The translations under genes and the position numbers were made by a program. A DNA stretch of 64,000 nucleotides from Candidatus Deferrimicrobiaceae bacterium (lineage in GTDB: Bacteria > Desulfobacterota > Deferrimicrobia > Deferrimicrobiales > Deferrimicrobiaceae): NCBI GenBank assembly GCA_963792415.1, contig CAWBVY010000006.1:858327-922326 (forward strand), in the 5' to 3' direction. This document shows positions 59,114 to 64,000 of the stretch, one piece after another. The notes under the pieces were generated by a model that saw only the letters and a program-made list of their open reading frames with translations, ran no database searches and was not told the DNA's origin. Within the stretch, counting starts at the first letter, position 1. Each line of letters opens with the position of its first letter.

Positions 59114-59857
59114 ATGCCGACCTTCTTCGTCGATCGAAAGAACCTCTCCGGAGACACCGCCGTACTCACCGGGACGGAGGCGGGGCACATGCTCCGCTCC
59201 CTGCGCCTCTCCGTGGGCGACTCCTTCTTCGCCTTCGACGAGGGGGGGAACCGGTACCGGATGCGGATCCTCGAGGCGACGTCGCGCTCCCTGCGGGCCG
59301 AGATCCTCGAGGCGTTCCCGCCCGAAGCTCCGCCGGACGTCGCCGTCTCCCTGTTCGTCGGGCTCCCGAAGGCCGACAAGATGGACTTCATCCTCGAAAA
59401 GGCGACGGAGCTGGGCGTCTCGCGGGTGATCCCGTTCCGGTCGTCCCGCACCATCCCCCGCCTCGACCCGGCCGATTCCCGGAAACGGCTGTCGCGATGG
59501 GAACGGGTGGCGCTGGCCGCCGCGAAGCAGTGCGGCTCCGGCCGCGTCCCGGAGGTGTCCGGGATCGTCCCGTACCCCGAGGCGCTGCGCCGCGCCGCGG
59601 AGCACGAAGGAAAAGTCGTATTCTACGAAGGCGAAGGGACGTTCTCCCTGAAGCGGATTCTCTCGGGGATGGGAAGGGTTCGCACCGTCGCGCTGATCGT
59701 CGGCCCCGAAGGCGGGTTCTCCCCGGACGAAGTCCGGGAGGCAATGGAGGCGGGGTGCGGGTGCGCGGGCCTGGGGAGACGGATCCTTCGCGTCGACACG
59801 GCGGCGCTCGCGGTTCTCGCCATGGTGATGTACCATTTCGAAAAGGAGTCCGCGTAG
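59114..59857 (+). CDS. rsmE: 16S rRNA U1498 methyltransferase
   Basis: HMLRSLRL, EKATELGV, AAKQCG, VGPEGGF, LGRRILRVDTA. Confidence 0.95.
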   Translation: MPTFFVDRKNLSGDTAVLTGTEAGHMLRSLRLSVGDSFFAFDEGGNRYRMRILEATSRSLRAEILEAFPPEAPPDVAVSLFVGLPKADKMDFILEKATELGVSRVIPFRSSRTIPRLDPADSRKRLSRWERVALAAAKQCGSGRVPEVSGIVPYPEALRRAAEHEGKVVFYEGEGTFSLKRILSGMGRVRTVALIVGPEGGFSPDEVREAMEAGCGCAGLGRRILRVDTAALAVLAMVMYHFEKESA

Positions 59858-59860
59858 CGC

Positions 59861-60433
59861 ATGGAATCGTCGACGGGACATCACCACTTTGCCGGGTTCT
59901 GGTCGCGCGCCGCGGCCCGGATCATCGACCTGCTCATCATCATCGCCGCGTTCAACCTGATCTACCTGCTGGACCGGCTCGGGGCGGACGCGGGGCTGTG
60001 GACGGGCATGGGGCTGGGCGAGGGGAGCCTGACCGGCCCGGGGTTCTCCATGGCCAACGTCCTTCGCGGCCTCTTCTTCCTCACGTTCCCCGTGTTCTAC
60101 TACGTCTATCTCCACGCGAGTTACGGCCAGACGTTCGGCAAGATGGCGTTGAGGATCAAGGTGGTGAACGAGGACGGGACGCCCCTCGATACCCGGAAGG
60201 CGTTCCTCCGCTGGCTCGGGTATTTCCTGTGCGACCTGACGTTCTACATCGGGTACCTGTGGGCCGCCTTCGATCCCCGCAAGCAGGGGCTGCACGACAA
60301 GGTGTGCAAGACCATCGTTATCCGGACCGACGTGCCGTCCCCGCTTCCCGCGGCGGTCGAGCCGGAAGCCCCGACCGGGACTCCTCCCGGCGATGCGGCC
60401 GGGCTCCAAAGTGCGATGCATTCCCCCCGGTGA
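59861..60433 (+). CDS. RDD family protein
   Basis: AGFWSRAAARIID, GQTFGKMALRIKVV, KQGLHDK. Confidence 0.92.
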   Translation: MESSTGHHHFAGFWSRAAARIIDLLIIIAAFNLIYLLDRLGADAGLWTGMGLGEGSLTGPGFSMANVLRGLFFLTFPVFYYVYLHASYGQTFGKMALRIKVVNEDGTPLDTRKAFLRWLGYFLCDLTFYIGYLWAAFDPRKQGLHDKVCKTIVIRTDVPSPLPAAVEPEAPTGTPPGDAAGLQSAMHSPR

Positions 60434-60461
60434 CCGGCCGCGGGAGAGCCGACGGCTTTCC

Positions 60462-61006
60462 GTGAACGTGAACCGGTTCCTTGCGCTCCTCTTCCTCGCG
60501 CCGCTTTGGGTCGCCTCCGCGGGGTACGCCGGGACGCTTTCCTGGGAGCTCCCGACGAACTATGCGGACGGGGACCCCATCGCGACGGAAGCGTCCCGGA
60601 GAATCCTCGTGGAGGTCTACGCGGGCCCTTCGAAAAACGGTCCCTGGAAATGGATCGCCACCTCCTTGCCGGGCGCGACCTCCGTCGCGGTGATGGATCC
60701 CTCGCCCTGGGAAACCCTCTGGTACACGGCGAAATCGAACCTTTCCGGCAGGGAAAGCGTCTACGCGGTTCCGGTGAAAAAGACCAACTATTCCATCGCG
60801 ATTCTCCCGACGGCGAAGAAGATCGCGAAGATCGATCCTCCGACGTTGCAGGAGATCGCGAAGAACCCGATCCTCCCGACGTTGAAGAAGATCGCGAAGA
60901 AGGTGTTTACAAGGAATAAATTGATTTTCCTTTCTTCCTGCTCCTCCTGGCCGGGGTGGTGTGGGGCCTTCGGGTTCGCGGGAGGAAGAGGAGGCGCACC
61001 GGATAG
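60462..61006 (+). pseudogene. Exported FN3-like protein whose C-terminal membrane anchor is out of frame (-1 frameshift near 60930)
   Basis: Signal peptide, TLSWELPTNYADG; the -1 frame reads FFLLLLAGVVWGLRVRGRKRRRTG* to 61006, while the annotated frame runs into the tRNA promoter at 61049. Confidence 0.6.
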
Positions 61007-61045
61007 ACAACGATCCAGATCGGGATGCTGGCGATCCGGGCTCCC

Positions 61046-61075
61046 TTGACACCGGAGGGAGCCCGCCGATATAAT
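61046..61075 (+). promoter_or_regulatory. sigma70 promoter of tRNA-Phe
   Basis: Perfect TTGACA (61046-51), 18 nt, TATAAT (61070-75). Confidence 0.85.
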
Positions 61076-61092
61076 TCCCCGTTCCGTCAGGT

Positions 61093-61168
61093 GGCCCTTT
61101 AGCTCAGATGGTAGAGCAGAGGACTGAAAATCCTCGTGTCCCCAGTTCAATTCTGGGAGGGGCCACCA
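61093..61168 (+). tRNA. tRNA-Phe(GAA)
   Basis: 76-nt cloverleaf; AGCTCAG..GGTAGAGC D-arm, GAGGA-CTGAAAA-TCCTC anticodon arm, TTCAA T-loop, encoded CCA. Confidence 0.98.
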
Positions 61169-61178
61169 TGCAAACCTA

Positions 61179-61212
61179 AAGGACTTGGCCGGATCGGCCA
61201 AGTCCTTTTTTC
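61179..61212 (+). terminator. Intrinsic terminator of tRNA-Phe (copy 1 of a direct repeat)
   Basis: AAGGACTTGGCCG-GAT-CGGCCAAGTCCTT then a T run. Confidence 0.85.
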
Positions 61213-61275
61213 GTTCGATTGTATGGTTTTTGCATGGCTGGCTTCCGGCCTGACGACCCCCGCCACTAAATCAAG

Positions 61276-61533
61276 TCATCTGGTCAAACTTTGACACATT
61301 ACGGCGCCGAAACTGAATCCCCCACCGATAGGTTTCCACCCGGAATTCATTAAATCCGTAATTTTTGAGGAAAGGTTATAAATGATTTCGTCTGCACTCC
61401 CCATCGAGCTCGTTTCGCAAACAACATGATATTTAACATCCTTGGGGGGTTGGTTTTCTGCACTCCAAGCATTTCCAGCCGCAAACGAAAACAGAACCAT
61501 CCCCATGACCAAAAGACCAAACACCTTTTTCAT
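61276..61533 (-). CDS. Small AT-rich secreted protein, DUF1737-like
   Basis: Signal peptide, LSSKITDLMNSGWKPIGG...CQSLTR; GGAGG SD; GC much lower than neighbours. Confidence 0.65.
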   Translation of the reverse strand: MKKVFGLLVMGMVLFSFAAGNAWSAENQPPKDVKYHVVCETSSMGSADEIIYNLSSKITDLMNSGWKPIGGGFSFGAVMCQSLTR

Positions 61534-61721
61534 TTTCCACCTCCCGATGAAAAATTCTTTTTCTTATACGATAGAAATACTCAGCGACCGTTTCACCTTG
61601 AGGCAGGAAAGGTGATTAGCCTCATCCCTCCCCTCCCCATGGCGACCGTATCGTTTTTGTATCGTAGACACCCGTAAACAAGACGTACCAGTACGTACAA
61701 CGCGATCCGCAATCGATCCCC

Positions 61722-61754
61722 AAGGACTTGGCCGGTCGGCCAAGTCCTTTTTTT
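61722..61754 (+). repeat. Second copy of the tRNA-Phe terminator
   Basis: Identical to 61179-61212 except a 1-nt deletion in the loop. Confidence 0.85.
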
Positions 61755-62018
61755 CCGGTCGTCGATGGAGAGCATGAAAGAGGACGAGGAAAGAGGCGGC
61801 GGGAGAAGTGGTACCCGGAGGCGGCGGGGGAATTCCAGGAGGGGTGAATACCCCCGCAGCCTCCGGGCGGGAACCCGCGGGCGCGACGGAGGGAGGGGAC
61901 CACCTTCTCCGTCACTGCCGAACGCGGGGTGAAGCGAATCGAGCCTGATTCCCATTTCCGAAATCACGAGTTTCAAAAACGTCAAATAACCCGGCCATTT
62001 TCCGTAAAAACCCGTTGT
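61755..62018 (-). ncRNA. Candidate sRNA with CCCCUCC (anti-SD-like) hairpin loops; boundaries approximate
   Basis: Stems 61814-61835/61846-61867 (20/22) and 61885-61891/61907-61913; downstream of a sigma54-like motif; no convincing ORF. Confidence 0.35.
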
Positions 62019-62029
62019 TCCACACAATA

Positions 62030-62046
62030 TTGCAATTCCCGTACCC
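62030..62046 (-). promoter_or_regulatory. Candidate sigma54 -24/-12 promoter (leftward)
   Basis: Minus strand GGGTACG-GGAA-TTGCA; exact GG-N10-GC spacing. Confidence 0.55.
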
Positions 62047-62192
62047 ACGTTCTTTCGCTTCTATTCAAGCCCAGGGGGATTGCGCCCGGTTTTCCGGAAA
62101 ACGGGAGTCGACAGGATTGCGATCTTGAAATCGGGGGCGGGAAGGCGATCGCTGTACCTGTTTGTTTTTCCTTCTGTTTGCGAAATTCCCCC

Positions 62193-62209
62193 CTGGCCCT
62201 CCCCTTGCA
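62193..62209 (+). promoter_or_regulatory. Candidate sigma54 -24/-12 promoter (rightward)
   Basis: CTGGCCCTCCCCTTGCA; GG-N10-GC; about 55 nt upstream of ATG 62263. Confidence 0.6.
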
Positions 62210-62262
62210 GTCCTAAACGGTGAGGAATGCGGAGCGCGCCCGGCAAGGAAGGGGGAAGGAAA

Positions 62263-62784
62263 ATGAAGATCGCGACCGCCGGACGGGTGCACCGGATCGG
62301 GCTTGCCGCGCTTCCCTTCGCCCTTGCGTTGCTCGCCTGCGGCGCCGCAACGGCCTCGGACGTCGAAGGGCAGATCCCGGTGACCCGGGACACCGCCGGC
62401 AGCGGCATGGAGATAGAGCTCTCCCGGGAAGGAACCCGTCAGACCGCGACCCCTTTCCTTACGCTGACCCATCCGACCGTCGAGCGGATCGAGGAACGGA
62501 TCGCGAAGAAGATCAACGGGTTGGGGGTGAAGGAGATCCCTTCCGAGGCAACCGCAGCGGGTTCGGCCCCCGGGATCTGCCCGACCGGAACAACGCGGGA
62601 AGATTCCGGGCCACCGGAAAGCAGCCTTTCGTCGCCCCTCCCGGTGCCCGAGGAGATCACGGTCCGCAGCGTGAAAAGGTTCCTCAAGAGGCTGCGCACA
62701 TACAGGAAGGAACCGCCGGTCCCGGCCGCCGTCGTCGCGCCCCCGGAGCAGCAGCCCGGGAGGATCGACGCCGCGCGGCGCTGA
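62263..62784 (+). CDS. Hypothetical exported protein/lipoprotein
   Basis: AAGGA SD, MKIATAGRVHRIGLAALPFALALLAC signal with possible lipobox LLAC. Confidence 0.55.
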   Translation: MKIATAGRVHRIGLAALPFALALLACGAATASDVEGQIPVTRDTAGSGMEIELSREGTRQTATPFLTLTHPTVERIEERIAKKINGLGVKEIPSEATAAGSAPGICPTGTTREDSGPPESSLSSPLPVPEEITVRSVKRFLKRLRTYRKEPPVPAAVVAPPEQQPGRIDAARR

Positions 62785-62792
62785 CGCGGTTT

Positions 62793-63302
62793 TCAGCGGT
62801 ACTTCTTCCGACGGAACAGGTCCGTCTTCACCGACACGACGCGATCGAGAAACAGGACCCCGTCCAGGTGGTCCATCTCGTGCTGGATCGCCACCGCCTC
62901 GAACCCGATCGACTCGATGATCCTCCGCTCGCCGTCGCGGCCGAGGGCGTCGACGAGCACCCACTGGGCGCGCTGGACGTTGGCGGTGTAGTCCGGTACG
63001 CTCATGCACCCCTCGCGGACGATCTGCTTCCCCCCCATCGCCAGGATCTCCGGGTTGATCAGGACCAGAAGCCCGTGGTTCTGCTCCTGGCTCCCGCGCC
63101 GATGCGCGGAAACGTCGACGATCACGATGCGCCGCGGCATCCCGACCTGGGGAGCGGCGATTCCCACACCCCCGGGGGAACACCGCATCGTCTCCAGCAG
63201 GTCGTCGATGAACGCGGCCACCTCGGCGGTCACCGCCTCGACGGGGGCGGCCTTCTCCTTGAGGACGGGGTCGGGAAAAACGCGGATGGGGAGGACGGCC
63301 AT
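62793..63302 (-). CDS. def: Peptide deformylase
   Basis: GVGIAAPQVG, EGCMS, QHEMDHLDG. Confidence 0.97.
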   Translation of the reverse strand: MAVLPIRVFPDPVLKEKAAPVEAVTAEVAAFIDDLLETMRCSPGGVGIAAPQVGMPRRIVIVDVSAHRRGSQEQNHGLLVLINPEILAMGGKQIVREGCMSVPDYTANVQRAQWVLVDALGRDGERRIIESIGFEAVAIQHEMDHLDGVLFLDRVVSVKTDLFRRKKYR

Positions 63303-63314
63303 GGGGAATACCGA

Positions 63315-63860
63315 CTACAACTCCAGGGATTCGATCGGGCGCACGGAGATGGAGACGGAGAGCTCTTTCCGGATCTTGTCGAAGTCGCGCTCGAGTTCCT
63401 TCATATCGACGCTCTCGGGGATGTCCACCTCGAGGACCATCATGTAGACGGGGCGGTCCTTGGCGCCGACCACCTGGGTGTTGAGATCCGTCACGTTCAC
63501 GTTGAGCCGGGCCAGCTCGCGCGCCACGGAGTAGACGATCCCCGGGCGGTCCGCGCCGTACACCGAGATGATGTGCGGCCTCCCCTCGAACCCCTTCTCC
63601 CGGGAGACTTCCTCGTCCTTCAGCGTATGCAGGGAAACCGTGAGCATCATGCTCTTCCGCACCGGGTTGAAGAACGGGTCGATTTCCGCGGACGAGGTGA
63701 ATTTCGCGTGCGCGATCACGAGGATCATCGCGAACTGCCCGGAGAGGATCGTGCAGGTGGAGTCCTCGATGTTGCAGCCGAGTTCGAAGAGGACGCGGCT
63801 CACCTCCGCGACGATCCCCGGCCGGTCCCTGCCCACAACGCTCAGTGCGAAATGTCCCAT
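63315..63860 (-). CDS. GcvR-like tandem ACT-domain protein
   Basis: VVGRDRPGIVA, CNIEDS, YGADRPGIVY, NVTDL. Confidence 0.88.
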   Translation of the reverse strand: MGHFALSVVGRDRPGIVAEVSRVLFELGCNIEDSTCTILSGQFAMILVIAHAKFTSSAEIDPFFNPVRKSMMLTVSLHTLKDEEVSREKGFEGRPHIISVYGADRPGIVYSVARELARLNVNVTDLNTQVVGAKDRPVYMMVLEVDIPESVDMKELERDFDKIRKELSVSISVRPIESLEL

Positions 63861-64000
63861 CCCTGCGGCCCCCCTTCCGACGTAAGGATGATCAGAGGAA
63901 AATGATACCACGCCTCCCGAACGCGAGAAGCGGTGGCGGCGATTTGGTGCCTCGGCCAGGTCAGTGCGGCAGAATGGAAAACAGGCTCCCCGACGACAGG

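Noticed and set aside
60801-60900. Three spaced 33-36-nt repeats as a possible mini-CRISPR
   Set aside because: No unique spacers, in-frame coding repeats, and no cas genes in the window
61593-62048. ORFs 61593..62048, 61622..61915 and 61929..62216
   Set aside because: No SD, atypical composition, and they overlap promoter motifs, hairpins and a terminator. A non-coding interpretation is favoured.
63861-64000. Window end as a possible RNA gene or CDS fragment
   Set aside because: Too short and no recognisable motif on either strand

Overview
A GC-rich, gene-dense bacterial core-chromosome window. Gene content and repeat style resemble deltaproteobacteria (possibly MBNT15/Deferrimicrobium-like; inference only). 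It holds about 60 CDS and tRNA-Phe(GAA). In order: secA 5' end, M23 peptidase, an orphan MshEN-PilB/GspE ATPase, a TPR-lipoprotein-opp/dpp ABC operon, tldD-dedA, tatC, bioB, an HAD/CPBP protease/pgk/ligA/acyP/amrS run, a degenerate NtrC-like regulator, rsmI, an aromatic-acid cluster (iorAB, two paaK, ACT protein, liv-type ABC, MFS), PFK, the ffh-rpsP-rimM-trmD-rplS-rnhB-yraN block, a porin, a ccsA-resB-ldcA-serine hydrolase-mpl run, mutS2, prmA-rsmE and def. No CRISPR array, rRNA or transposase was seen. The most interesting signals are non-coding or sub-genic. (1) Small palindromic repeat elements appear to rewrite protein ends: a 166-bp MITE splits a lipoprotein signal peptide but supplies a replacement in-frame ATG from its own TIR, another element supplies the Ffh stop codon, and short in-frame inserts sit in RimM and a serine hydrolase. 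(2) Three conserved genes can only start at non-canonical codons (GTA, CTG, CTG). (3) Divergent sigma54-type promoters flank a shared palindrome, and one points at a candidate sRNA with anti-Shine-Dalgarno loops. (4) There is an NtrC-like pseudo-ATPase, a myxosortase-like protease with possible C-terminally anchored substrates, and a relic islet at tRNA-Phe. All calls come from visual motif recognition; no database searches were run.
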